From positions 224,001 to 288,000 of the forward strand of contig OZ241875.1 in the NCBI GenBank assembly GCA_965203325.1: a stretch of DNA of 64,000 nucleotides, read 5' to 3'. Made by a program: the position numbers and the translations under genes. The DNA comes from a bacterium. GTDB lineage: Bacteria > UBA8248. The notes beneath the pieces are model-generated. The model had not been told where the DNA came from, did no database searches, and was given only the letters and a program-made list of their open reading frames with translations. Each line of letters begins with the position of its first letter. Position 1 is the first letter of the stretch. Below are positions 27,761 through 38,320 of this stretch, in pieces.

Positions 27761-27816
27761 GCTTCGAAACTGCTGCATGAGAAGGATAGATTGAAGATTA
27801 CACGGCCTCCGAGCCC

Positions 27817-29061
27817 TCATCCACGCGCGAGCATCTCGATCATCTTCTCCGCGCACGCATCGGCGAAGGCCGGGTCGTTGATGTGGAGATCGAGCGAGAT
27901 GATCTCCCCCCTCTCCAGGTGCTCCGCCAGCGAAGCCGCAAAGGCGGCGTCCACCTCGGGCTGGCGCCAATCGCCCGCATCGCGACCTTCCAGATCGTGG
28001 GCTTTTCGTTTCGTGTGCTCGCTGTAGCCTTTCGTGGGTATGAGGACCGATAAGGGACCCCTGGCGCGGTTCAGCTTTTCCGCCATCAGGACGCCGAGCG
28101 CCTCGAACTCCTCCCTGTTCGTGCGCATGAGGAGGTTCTGGGCGTTGTACTGGAAAAACGCTCTCCCCTGATATTTCCCGGGCACCTGGCCCGTCCAGAA
28201 ATTCGCGTGATCGAGCGCCCCCGGCACCACGACTTGTGGAATACCTGCAGCACCCGCCGCCTCGAGCCTCCCCGCGCCCGCGCTGTATACGCCGTCCACC
28301 AGCAAATCCGTGAGTTCGTGCGTGGTGACGTCCACCACGCCGGCCAACTCGCCCAGCCCGGCCAGGGATTCGAGCGCGCGCCCGCCGGGTCCCGAGGCGT
28401 GAAAGAACATGACCTCATAGCCCGCCTCGGTGAGCCGCCTTTCCACCTGTTCGACGCATGCCGCCGTCCCGCCGAAAGAAGACACCCCGATGAGGGGCGG
28501 CGCGGAACTACCGTTCTCTCCTTCCGCACCCTCTTGTTTCACCATTCCCGCCAGAGCGAGAGCGGCGTTCTTCAGCACCCCGCGCGTGATGCGGTTCAGG
28601 GAGATATCGCCGATGGAGGGAAACATGATGATGTCGCTCTCGGCCACGTACCACTGCACGGCCGCCGTGGCGGCGACGACGCTCACCATCACCTTGGGCG
28701 CGAGGGGCGGCAGCGCGCGCATGATGGCGCAGGCCATTGAGGTGCCATTCGCCCCGCCGAGGCCGACCGCGCCGTGTATTTCGCCTTCCCGATATTTTTC
28801 GGCCACAACCCGCCTTCCGCCTTCCATCATGATTTCCGAGGCGGCGTTTCTCTCCATATCAGCGAGATCGTCCCAACTCCGTCCGGCAGCGGCCGCCACC
28901 TCCGCGCCGGTGACATCCGCACCGCCAGCCTCATGCGGCTTACAGGACAAATCCACCAAGAGGGGTTTTACGCCCGATTCCGCCAGCGCATCCGCCACGA
29001 AGCGCGCCTCCGGCCCCTTGCTGTCCATCGTCACCAATATGGCTACACCCGGTTTCGACAT
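27817..29061 (-). CDS. UPF0261 / Tm-1-like ATP-binding domain protein
   Basis: T.DSKG.E, GG.NGT, ALP...PKVMVS, FHASG.GGRA.E, TTHE, PGALD..NF, HINDPAFA. Confidence 0.9.
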   Translation of the reverse strand: MSKPGVAILVTMDSKGPEARFVADALAESGVKPLLVDLSCKPHEAGGADVTGAEVAAAAGRSWDDLADMERNAASEIMMEGGRRVVAEKYREGEIHGAVGLGGANGTSMACAIMRALPPLAPKVMVSVVAATAAVQWYVAESDIIMFPSIGDISLNRITRGVLKNAALALAGMVKQEGAEGENGSSAPPLIGVSSFGGTAACVEQVERRLTEAGYEVMFFHASGPGGRALESLAGLGELAGVVDVTTHELTDLLVDGVYSAGAGRLEAAGAAGIPQVVVPGALDHANFWTGQVPGKYQGRAFFQYNAQNLLMRTNREEFEALGVLMAEKLNRARGPLSVLIPTKGYSEHTKRKAHDLEGRDAGDWRQPEVDAAFAASLAEHLERGEIISLDLHINDPAFADACAEKMIEMLARG

Positions 29062-29290
29062 TTTTCCTTACCCGATAAATTGGTCATTGGTGTAGCGTAT
29101 CAGACGGCTCGGCGCCTTTGTAACCGCATCCTCGAGGCGATGGGCAAACCGCTTGAAGGCCCTACGCTTCTGGGCATGGTGAAATCGATGAGACGCTCAT
29201 AGGCGGCAAGAAGAAGGGCAAGGGGAGCGGCTGGTGCCTAGGCTAGGACTATGGCCCCACCCTGCAGGGAATCCCCCCGGCGCTCCACCA

Positions 29291-30548
29291 TTACCGTCTG
29301 GCTCCAAACGCGGCGGTAAGGTCTGAACGCTCAACGGTGCCGCCAACATAGCGATGATTGTCGCCGTAAAACGAGCCTGACACTACGCCAGCATCACCGC
29401 CGGTCGAATACAGGTAATTGCTCCCGACCCGGATATCATAATCAAGCGTCCCGCCACCCCACCTCACCCCTCCCCTGCGTGTTGGTGTAGACAAGACAGG
29501 AAAAGACCTTAGGTTCGTGAACTTGGCGGTTCCGCACATGGTGAGAAGGGCCACGCTGACCGTAGCTGTCCCCGCCACCGTCCGCAATTTCGGGGTCAAT
29601 CCGAGCAACTCCCCGCGCCAAGTTACCACCCTTGTTTTGGACAACCCGCTCTCTGCAAGCGGCTTTGATGGTTCAGTCCCCGAGGTAAACGGCACATTGA
29701 CATTGTTCGCATGGCGCACACCGAAGGAAACAGGGCCGAGAACGCCTGTGATATCGGTGCTTTCGTCATCCCATGTGCCGAGACTCTGAACCGAAATATC
29801 TTCAGGTTCCGTATCTTCCGAGAGTTTCGTATACAGGACTTGCAGGGCGGCCATATCAATATTCGGCAATGAACCATCAAGACGGAACCATGCGTCCTCC
29901 ATAATTGAATCCGCAAAGTCCTTTCCCGGATGCCCTGCGAATCCCAAACCGTGTATTAATTCGTGAACCAGAACGGAAACGACTTGCCAGTCCGGCCTGT
30001 CGCGAAAAAAAGCAGAGTTCATTTCGACCGCAGACGCTCGCAGATGTTTTTTTTTCCCATCGTCCCTGTTGCGCATCATACTCAAGGATTGTGGACTGAT
30101 GCCCCAATGCTTGAGAGCCGGGCCGACCACCACGAGGGTTCCCGTCAATAAACTCGATAAAGATTTGCCCGTCCGGGATATCCGGGAGTCCCCCCTCCCA
30201 GTCCCACGCCACACCAGCAGGAGCAACCGGTCCGAGCCGAAGGTGCTGATTATATGGCAACGCACGATTTACGAGCGCGATTGCTTGCATCGATATCGAC
30301 CGCTCTCGTTTGCTCATTCCCTCTGCAAGACGTACGATTGGAGGCACAGCAAAACGAACCAGCCCGGGAGAATGACTCCAGCTGTAATTCGGCCCGCTTT
30401 GCCACGGCCCGCCGCTAGCGTGCGTGTACAGATATTCAGCAATCCGTTCTGCGCTGGGAAGATCGGAGCCTCTCGATATGCCTGGAAATGCCGCTGGAAC
30501 ACTACCAACCAAGACAGCCAGCACGAAAATTGCAACTAGACGTTTCAT
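29291..30548 (-). pseudogene. Secreted zinc-metallopeptidase-like protein with C-terminal TbpB-type beta-barrel, frameshifted at an A9 tract
   Basis: Signal peptide MKRLVAIF. Removing one base of the T run at 30047-30055 joins ..GRWEKK to HLRASAVE. HELIHGLGFAGH...DSIM; ends GSFYG....VGG...AAFGARR. Confidence 0.7.
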
Positions 30549-31279
30549 CTTCCGACCCCTCTCAGCGAATGCCCGGCCCCACTGGCCGGGTCGGTCGCTA
30601 AACACACCCTGATTGTGTGGGGTTTCCGCCTATTCCCGCGGGAAAGCGGTCTTGTATTCGACGGACAGCCCGGATTTGCAGGCTTCAATGTGCGTTTAGC
30701 GTGATGGAAGTATGTTGCACTCATTATCATTTTTTCAATTTCCTCTTTTTTCCCTTTCTCTCATGGCAACAATGAGCATTTTGTAGTGAGAGAACCAGCC
30801 TCTATCAGAAGGCGGAGCATATCCCATCGCAGGTGCCTTTTCCCGCAACGAATTTCTCTCCAGCATCCAGTCAGTGAATTCGGGCGGTCAAAGTTTGTCC
30901 TTTTCGCATTCGTAAATTAGCTGCTGAACCCTATTCAAACGCTCAAGGTTTTCTAAAACCTCTCCCTCCTTGTGCGCCTTCACCTGCGACACTATAAATC
31001 AGACGTTCCGTACAGGCCGGTTACTATGGCCAAGAAACCAAAAAACCACTGCCACGCATCCTATTTCCAAAAATAAAATATGCAGGCAACCAAACATGGC
31101 GCCACACACTGAGATCATCCGTGAGGCCAGGCATCCCGGCAACAAAAATGAAGTCAGAAAAGAGACAGGGCACACGAGAAGCCCGTTTTTTCTTGCCCAT
31201 GATGCGCAACACTACATATTGCGCTGCACTTTGCAAAATAGATAATCACGAAAGATTATGCCAAAAGACGGCCTCGCAT

Positions 31280-32116
31280 CTATTTCCGCAAGCGCACGGA
31301 TTTGAAACCCTGCGCCGCCCTGGGCACGGCGTCTTCCACCGGAAAGCGTTCGGCGGAGGAGCCGCCCACATAGCCGTCGAAGCGGCTCTCCAAGTCGAGA
31401 AGCCTCTCGAAATCGGCGGGCGTCTCAATCGCGCCTCCATGACAGGTGAAGATTCTCTCCCCGTATTTCGGCAATAAAGCGTCGAATATCGCCGCCGCGC
31501 GCTGTGCGGCCAGATCGAGCGGCATCACCGTTTTGGAACCGATGGAACCACCCGAGCTGTTCCCGAAATGAATGATAATGTTGTCCACGCCCGCCTCCGC
31601 CATGGCGAGGGCCTCATCCGGCGTGGTCGTGAAGGCTTTGGTGAACATGCCCTTTCGGCTCGCATAGCCCAGAACGTCGACTTCTTTCGAAAAACCCATG
31701 CCGGTTTCCTCCAGGTCTTTTCGGAAGTTCCCGTCGATTAAGGCGACCGTGGGGCAGTTCATCACCCCGTGGAAGCCCGCCGCTGCAATTTTATCCACGA
31801 ACCCGGACATGTCTCTCGTGGGGTCCGCTCCCAGAAGGCCCGCGACCACGGGGCATTCCCGCACCACGTTCAGGATGGAGCGCTCGCCCAGTTCGAGCGT
31901 GATGGCGTTCGCGTCTCCGATGGGCAGGTAGCCCGCCATCGAGCTCAGACCCTGCATCCGGTAGTAGGCGAGGTTGAAGGTGGTGACGAGGTCCGCTCCG
32001 CCGCGCGCGGCGAATTTCGCCGTGATGCCGCTCCCGCACAGAGCGTCATAAACCGCGCGCCCGGCGTCCCTCTCGGCCCGCAGGCGGGCTACGATTTCAT
32101 CCCGGGAGAAATCCAT
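31280..32116 (-). CDS. TIM-barrel signal transduction / phosphoenolpyruvate hydrolase-like family protein
   Basis: G.GITAK, YRMQG.SS.AG.LP.GDAN, DP.R, N.PTV.LIDG.FR..LEETGMG, HGG.I, G.SS.ER.P.E. Confidence 0.9.
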   Translation of the reverse strand: MDFSRDEIVARLRAERDAGRAVYDALCGSGITAKFAARGGADLVTTFNLAYYRMQGLSSMAGYLPIGDANAITLELGERSILNVVRECPVVAGLLGADPTRDMSGFVDKIAAAGFHGVMNCPTVALIDGNFRKDLEETGMGFSKEVDVLGYASRKGMFTKAFTTTPDEALAMAEAGVDNIIIHFGNSSGGSIGSKTVMPLDLAAQRAAAIFDALLPKYGERIFTCHGGAIETPADFERLLDLESRFDGYVGGSSAERFPVEDAVPRAAQGFKSVRLRK

Positions 32117-32453
32117 GTATATGTTATCCTCTAAATATCAATGAGTTACCTGCTATTTTCAAGAGGTTACTCAATATGTTAGCACATAAGCGTTTATGAT
32201 ACAGCGTGGTAATGTATTTTGATGTATTTTCCACTTGAAACCGTGCCCGCCTTTGTGTGAAAATAGGATATGAAAGAGGCAGGCGACCTATCGCCTTCAA
32301 AATCATATTGTTCCAAGGATAAGTTCCAGTGGTCCCGTTCGCCCGAGCCGCTCCGCCCCGTTTTCCGGGTGGAGCGGCACGGGGCCACACCTGACCAGTT
32401 ACAGACATCATTCAAATCGGCTGAGTGAAATCGCGGAAATTCTACGGCCCTCT

Positions 32454-34586
32454 TCAGGTCCTGTCCGCCAGGAACGCCTCGGCTACGAATATCCCCCCCA
32501 GTGCGAGAAACAAAAGCGCGCCCAGGTCGATGAGCCTCAAGATAGAGCGCAGCGGGTCCGAGTCGTTCGCAGGCAAATCACGCACGTCGAGTTTCTCGAG
32601 CTTTTCCCTGAAAATGCTCATCTCCACGGGGGAGACTTTCGCCTCGGATGCGGGCGCATTCACGGCCACGAAATGTTTTTCATCGGGCGTGAGTACGCGA
32701 TAAAAGCCCGCGCGGTAGGCGTCGCGGTAATAGGCGACGGCGCCGCCGCTTCCCGCCTTGCCCAGCCTGAGACCGCCGGTTGGCGCAGGCTCGGAACCCG
32801 ATGCTTTTTCCGTGAATTGAATCGCGCGTTCTTCCCGAGCCGGCCCGCGTATCTGTATCGCCTCGCCGACCCGCCGGACGGGCGCCCTGATTTCGAACGC
32901 CTCTCCCGCATCCGCAGACGAAGACACCCCCTTGTGGGCGCCTCCCAGAAAGTCCGAAACGCCCCTCATGAAGGGAACGAAAACGGGGCGCACGGCGAGG
33001 TCCGTCCAGTCCCGGTCGCACGTGGAGCCCCACACCATCACCTGGCCCGAACCCACCGAACCGACTACGAGCACAGGGGCGCCGTCCGGCAGTTCCAGCA
33101 GAGCCCGTCCGCCTCTCGCAGGCTCCAGCGGCGTGATCCGGGCCAGACGCAGGGCGGAGAAAAACCGTCCGCCGTTCACCCCCAGCAAGGAGAAGGCCGG
33201 GTGCGCCTCCTCACCCTGCGTGATCTTGAGGTTTCGGGAGGGGCGCAGCGTGACGGGTCCTTTCGCCGTGGCCGGCAGCCAGCCGAGCCCTGCGGTCTTT
33301 GCGCTCGACAACTCGCCGGTGGCCCAGAAAAGACCACCGCCCTTTTCGACGAAACTCCTCAGCCCCTGCTTCGCCCGGTCGGGCCAGCGGCCCAGGTTGC
33401 AGGCGATGACGTAGTCGTACTCGTCCCATGGCACGTCATTCAGTTCATAAGACGCCACGACGCGCGCCACCACAGGGGATTCTCCGCCCAAAGGGGCCGC
33501 GCTCAGGGCGTTGACGATGAAAAAAGTCTCGCTGTCCTGGAGCCCGCGCTTCGGGTCCCCGTCGATGACCAGCGCGCGCAGGCGCTTGCCGATGCCCGCC
33601 GCGAAATAGAAGCGGTTCGTCGCCGAGAGGTTGTCCTCCGGCAACTCGAGGCGCCCGTAGAGCACGCCCTTCTCGGGCGCGTTCACCCGAAAACTCACCG
33701 GGCTCGCCGCGTTCGGTTCGAGGTCCACCTCTATCGTTTCCTGCAGTTCTTCGCCCACGTACAACCGCACGGGCACCTTGGACTTCTGCTCCTCTCCCCG
33801 ATTGAAGACGCGCGCGCCGATCGTGAAGGAAAAGCCCGCCTTGGGCGGCCACGGCTTCATCTTCACGTCCTGGAAGCTCAAATCCTCCACCCCGGCCTCG
33901 GGGGCCACGCGCACGAATTGCAGATGCACGTGCGGGTTCCATTGCTTGAGATTGCGAATCTGAAACGACTCCCAGTCGCCCCGGGCGAAATCGCTGAAAA
34001 CGACGATGTTCCTCCGCCCCGCTTTGGGCGATGCGTTCTCGAGCGCATGCTGGAGGACGCGGGCGGGCGCTCCCCCGGCGTCTGTCTGGCGGACCTGCTC
34101 CAGGGCCGCGAAGGCGTCCTCGCGCTTTAATTCCTTGAGTGGCGCAGCGGCCGGTTCGCCGGCGGTCGCCGCGATGCTCATGCGGTCCGCATCCGACATG
34201 TCCTCGATCATCCGCCTCACGGCGCGTTTGGCGACGTCGAATCGACTGCCCTTTTCCGTCTCAAACGCCATGCTGGCCGAATTGTCGATTACCGCGACGG
34301 TATGCTCGGGGAACCATCCGACGCCCGCCACGCCGCCTTCGGTTTCGAGAAGAGGGCGCGACGCCAGGAAGATGATGATCCCCACGGCGCACACCCGCAG
34401 AAACAGGAGTATCCAGTTTCTGAGCCTGCTGCGGTTCGTGATGCGGCGCTGCGTCCTGAGCAGGAACTCGAACGTGGGGAGGCGGTATCTGCGGACGAGG
34501 CGCCTGCGCAGCAAGTGTATCAGGATGGGGAGAAAAACGAGTCCCATCCCCCAGAGAAGCGCCGCGTGTAAAAACTGGAAACTCAT
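32454..34586 (-). CDS. BatA N-terminal + VWA + CARDB-like/GATase-like membrane protein
   Basis: F...PILIHLL.RR BatA motif, DNSASM MIDAS, FSD, C-terminal TM helix. Confidence 0.85.
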   Translation of the reverse strand: MSFQFLHAALLWGMGLVFLPILIHLLRRRLVRRYRLPTFEFLLRTQRRITNRSRLRNWILLFLRVCAVGIIIFLASRPLLETEGGVAGVGWFPEHTVAVIDNSASMAFETEKGSRFDVAKRAVRRMIEDMSDADRMSIAATAGEPAAAPLKELKREDAFAALEQVRQTDAGGAPARVLQHALENASPKAGRRNIVVFSDFARGDWESFQIRNLKQWNPHVHLQFVRVAPEAGVEDLSFQDVKMKPWPPKAGFSFTIGARVFNRGEEQKSKVPVRLYVGEELQETIEVDLEPNAASPVSFRVNAPEKGVLYGRLELPEDNLSATNRFYFAAGIGKRLRALVIDGDPKRGLQDSETFFIVNALSAAPLGGESPVVARVVASYELNDVPWDEYDYVIACNLGRWPDRAKQGLRSFVEKGGGLFWATGELSSAKTAGLGWLPATAKGPVTLRPSRNLKITQGEEAHPAFSLLGVNGGRFFSALRLARITPLEPARGGRALLELPDGAPVLVVGSVGSGQVMVWGSTCDRDWTDLAVRPVFVPFMRGVSDFLGGAHKGVSSSADAGEAFEIRAPVRRVGEAIQIRGPAREERAIQFTEKASGSEPAPTGGLRLGKAGSGGAVAYYRDAYRAGFYRVLTPDEKHFVAVNAPASEAKVSPVEMSIFREKLEKLDVRDLPANDSDPLRSILRLIDLGALLFLALGGIFVAEAFLADRT

Positions 34587-34610
34587 CTCCCCTTCTCCCC
34601 AAACGCCCCG

Positions 34611-35504
34611 CTACACCCTCGAGCGGCTGCGCCACGCCAGAAAGCGGATGAGACCCCTGTCCAGCGGCTCGGCCGTCGAGACGAGATGATAGTCTACCCC
34701 TAAGTCCGCACACCGCTCGCGCGTTTGCTCGAGAAATTCTTCCAGAAGCACGAGATAGGGCCGCTTCACCACCTCGCATTCCACGGTGATGTTCCTGTCG
34801 ATCTCGACGTCGTCCATCCTGGCGAGACCCTCGAAGGGAAACTCGAGTTCCACGCTGTCGAGGATGTGGAATACGATGACGTCGCTCCCCTTGAGGCACA
34901 GGAGTTTGAGCGCCTTTTCCACGGCCTCGGGGTCATCGAGCAAATCGGAAACGACCACGACGAGCCCCCTTCGCTTCAGGCGTTCCGCCAGGTCGAGCAT
35001 TGAACGGGCGATTCCGGTTCCCCCGGCGGGGGTGGCCGCCTGGAGGCCCGCCAGCAGGGTCAGCAAGTGCTTTCTGATCGATTTGGACGGAACCTGCACG
35101 TCTTCGGTTTCATGGGAAATCACGAGACCCACCGAATCGGACTGGCTCAGCAGCAGATGCGACATCGCCGAGGTGAGCGTGGCCGCATACGCCCACTTGC
35201 TCAGGGGGCCGTCGCCGAAATCCATCGACGCGCTGGCGTCGACGACGAGATGCGCGTAGAGGTTCGTCTCGTCCTCGTATTGCTTCACGAGGTAGCGGTC
35301 GAATTTCCCGTAGGCCTTCCAGTCGATGTGCCGGAGTTCGTCGCCCGGGCTGTACGCCCTGTGTTCCTCGAAATCGACGCTGAAACCGCGCGAGCGGCTC
35401 CTGTGCACGCCGCTCATCAAGCCCTCGACCACGTGGCGTGCGCGCAACTGGAGGTTGGACAATCGCGAGATGACGAGGGGGTCGAAATACAGATCCGTGT
35501 TCAA
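34611..35504 (-). CDS. DUF58 family protein
   Basis: G.H.S...G.S.DF.EHR.Y.PGD..R.IDWK, DASASM, VVSD. TTG start at 35504. Confidence 0.92.
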   Translation of the reverse strand: MNTDLYFDPLVISRLSNLQLRARHVVEGLMSGVHRSRSRGFSVDFEEHRAYSPGDELRHIDWKAYGKFDRYLVKQYEDETNLYAHLVVDASASMDFGDGPLSKWAYAATLTSAMSHLLLSQSDSVGLVISHETEDVQVPSKSIRKHLLTLLAGLQAATPAGGTGIARSMLDLAERLKRRGLVVVVSDLLDDPEAVEKALKLLCLKGSDVIVFHILDSVELEFPFEGLARMDDVEIDRNITVECEVVKRPYLVLLEEFLEQTRERCADLGVDYHLVSTAEPLDRGLIRFLAWRSRSRV

Positions 35505-35527
35505 GCCGATTCCCTTCGAGCAGGCGT

Positions 35528-36580
35528 CTACGCGGCTTCGGTGGCCTCCGCCGGGGGCGCGATGGTTTCGAGCAGTTGCCGTATCAGGGAGACGGAGTTG
35601 TGGCCTTCCGCCTGTCCCCGGAAGTTCACCAGAATCCGGTGGCGCAACACGGGTTCGGCCAGCGCCCGCACGTCCTCGATGGTGGCGGCGTAGCGTCCCC
35701 GCAGCAGCGCCCGCGCCCGCGCGCCCAGAATCAGGTACTGGCTCGCCCTCGGACCCGCGCCCCACTCCACGAAGTTGCGGACGAATTCCGGAGCGCTCTC
35801 GTCGTCGGGGCGGGATGCGCGCGCGAGCGACACCGCGTATTCCACCACGTAGGGCGCCGCCGGCACGCGGCGCACCAGTTCCTGAAACGCCAGAATCTGC
35901 TCGTTGTTCATGATCTCTTCGAGTTTGGGATCGTAGTTCGAGGTCGTCTGCGCGACGATTTCCTTCTCCTCCGCCAGACTCGGGTACGACACGCCGATCT
36001 CGAACATGAACCTGTCCAGCTGCGCTTCGGGCAGCGGGTAGGTGCCCTCCTGCTCCACGGGGTTCTGGGTCGCGAGAACGAAAAACGGCGGGTTCAGATA
36101 GTGCGCCTGCCCGCCGGCCGTCACGTGCAACTCCTGCATGGCCTGCAGAAGCGCCGCCTGCGTTTTGGGCGACGTGCGGTTGATCTCGTCCGCCAGCAGT
36201 ATCTGCGTGAAGATGGGCCCGCGAATGAAGCGGAAAGAGCGCCTCCCCTCCATGGTGTCGTCCAGGATGTCCGTGCCCGTGATGTCCGAGGGCATCAGAT
36301 CGGGCGTGAACTGGATGCGGTTGAAATCGAGCTGCAGCACGCGGGCCAGGGTGCGTATGAGCAGGGTTTTCGCCAGGCCCGGCACGCCGACCAGAAGACA
36401 ATGACCCTTGGAAAGCAGGGCTATCATGACCAGGTCGATCACTTCCGCCTGTCCGACGATGATCTTGTGCACCTGTTCGAGGATGGCGTCGCGCTTCACG
36501 CCTATCTCGAGCGCCACCTCCACATCCACCTCGTTCATGCCGGACTCTTCGTTTCCCACAACACCTGTTTCATCGTTCAT
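35528..36580 (-). CDS. moxR: MoxR-family AAA+ ATPase
   Basis: [49 protein letters not shown]. Confidence 0.95.
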   Translation of the reverse strand: MNDETGVVGNEESGMNEVDVEVALEIGVKRDAILEQVHKIIVGQAEVIDLVMIALLSKGHCLLVGVPGLAKTLLIRTLARVLQLDFNRIQFTPDLMPSDITGTDILDDTMEGRRSFRFIRGPIFTQILLADEINRTSPKTQAALLQAMQELHVTAGGQAHYLNPPFFVLATQNPVEQEGTYPLPEAQLDRFMFEIGVSYPSLAEEKEIVAQTTSNYDPKLEEIMNNEQILAFQELVRRVPAAPYVVEYAVSLARASRPDDESAPEFVRNFVEWGAGPRASQYLILGARARALLRGRYAATIEDVRALAEPVLRHRILVNFRGQAEGHNSVSLIRQLLETIAPPAEATEAA

Positions 36581-36598
36581 TGCGAATCGCCTCTCGAT

Positions 36599-38320
36599 TT
36601 AGCGGGACGCCATGAGGCGAAGGGCTTCACGCTCGCGCTTCGCCTTTTCCGCCTCGCCCGTTCTTTCGTAATGCGCCAGCAGGCGCTCATGTACCATTCG
36701 AATGAAGGGGTTGATATGCAGCACCTCCTCCCACGCCCCGAGGGCGCGCTCGTGCCTTCCGCCCATCTCGCTCGCCAGCGCCTTGTGCACGTGCGTCATC
36801 GCGTAATCCGGGTCCACCTTCAGCGCCCTTTGAATGTGCTGCTCAGCCTCGGGGATCATGCCCAGATGTATCTCGATCTGGGCCGCGCGGTTGAGGAGGG
36901 GCTGGGAGTGCGGCTCATCGCGCAGGGCGCGGCGATATTCGATGAGCGCCGCACGCATCCTCCCCCGGAACGAGAGCCTGTCGCCCAGCCGCATGCGCCT
37001 TCTGGCCACGGCGCTCTTGAGCGCGGCCAGGTCGATCGTGCGTTCGCTCATCGGTCCTTTGGGCTTGAGCTTCGGCAAGGAGACCTGCGAGCCCGCATGC
37101 TGGCGAAGGGGTAGTTTTTTGAGGTCCGCTATCCAGAGCTTCTCGAACCCGCCCAGGTCGACTCCGGCGAGGAGCCGCAGGCCCGGCTCGGCGCTCTGGG
37201 GCGGGCCTGTGGATTCGAGCTCGACGAGGCTCGCCCGTCTTTGATGACGCATCCCGGGGTTCTCCTCACCGAAGGCCGGCGCACCCTGCGTTCTCGGCGC
37301 GGGCGCGGCGTTCCTGATGCCCGCCAGCAGGCGGACGAGCGCGTTCTCGCCCATTGTGCGTTGGATGAAATCCACGGCCGAGGCCGCCTCCGCGTAAGCC
37401 AGGTGCACTTCTTGCGGCGTGTCGAGGTAGATGAGGCTCGGCTCCATCTTCTTGAACGGGACGTAGACGTTCGTCTCCCTCGCATTGTACAGCAAGGCCT
37501 CCTCGCCCGGGTGGAGGAAGCCGGTTTCATCGCTGCGCCATTTTTTCTCCAGATACTTGGCGATACCCTCGTGCAGCCAGATGGGAGCGCGATTTTTCGT
37601 CGCCAGCACGACGAGATAGTGGACGTATTCGTGCGCCGCCGTGTCGAGCCAGCGATAGCCCCGCAGGAGCGCGCCGGGGGATAAAAACATTATCTTGTTG
37701 AACTTGCAGACCCCGACCGCGCCCTTCTCTTCGATGTCGCGCCTCGAGAGCGTGGACGAGCGGTGGAAGCGGACGGAATCGGAGAAAAGCTCCACGCGGA
37801 TGCGCTGGGTGGGCCGCACGCCCAACTCCTCGCCGTAACGCGCATAGGCCTTCTCCAGCGCGTCGCCCAGATAAGGCAGCAGAACGGCGTCTTCCCCCGG
37901 CTCGTACCAGATGTCGAAATGCGCCGTTTGATACGCCTTGAAGCCTTTCATCGCCGTTTGCGTCTGGCGCACGTGGAGCCTCAGTTCGAGCCATTCGCTG
38001 TCTCCCGGGCGTTTCTTGAGCGCCGCGTTGAGGTTGGCGAGCGACTCGGCATATCGGCCCTCGAGGTAATCCGCAGCCCCCGAAAGCGCCGGCCATGCAG
38101 CCAGATCGGGAGATTCGGACTCGAGCGATGCGATTTTTTTCCTGGCCTCTACGAGATTCCACGCCCGAAGCTCGTCCACCACCGCGCGGTAGCCGTCGGG
38201 CCGCGCCACGGCCTGGGAGAGAGGCACCGCGCGGTTTACGGTATGCGGCCACGCGGGTGGCGTGAAAACCGCGACCCCGAAAGCGCAAACGAAGATTGCG
38301 AAGAGTCTTTTCAGCATCAT
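36599..38320 (-). CDS. Secreted peptidase MA-like (gluzincin) protein with TPR repeats
   Basis: Signal peptide, HEYVH...PIWLHEGIA, N- and C-terminal TPR-like helices. Confidence 0.85.
   Translation of the reverse strand: MMLKRLFAIFVCAFGVAVFTPPAWPHTVNRAVPLSQAVARPDGYRAVVDELRAWNLVEARKKIASLESESPDLAAWPALSGAADYLEGRYAESLANLNAALKKRPGDSEWLELRLHVRQTQTAMKGFKAYQTAHFDIWYEPGEDAVLLPYLGDALEKAYARYGEELGVRPTQRIRVELFSDSVRFHRSSTLSRRDIEEKGAVGVCKFNKIMFLSPGALLRGYRWLDTAAHEYVHYLVVLATKNRAPIWLHEGIAKYLEKKWRSDETGFLHPGEEALLYNARETNVYVPFKKMEPSLIYLDTPQEVHLAYAEAASAVDFIQRTMGENALVRLLAGIRNAAPAPRTQGAPAFGEENPGMRHQRRASLVELESTGPPQSAEPGLRLLAGVDLGGFEKLWIADLKKLPLRQHAGSQVSLPKLKPKGPMSERTIDLAALKSAVARRRMRLGDRLSFRGRMRAALIEYRRALRDEPHSQPLLNRAAQIEIHLGMIPEAEQHIQRALKVDPDYAMTHVHKALASEMGGRHERALGAWEEVLHINPFIRMVHERLLAHYERTGEAEKAKREREALRLMASR

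Noticed and set aside
29215..29290. Complete tRNA gene
   Set aside because: No T-loop or D-loop consensus; kept only as a possible 3'-end relic.
30610..31260. Short ORFs in the AT-rich segment
   Set aside because: No RBS, family motifs or consistent codon bias; treated as non-coding.
34611..36401. 596-aa ORF suggesting a MoxR-DUF58 fusion
   Set aside because: The N-terminal half is off-frame to moxR; DUF58 starts near 35504.
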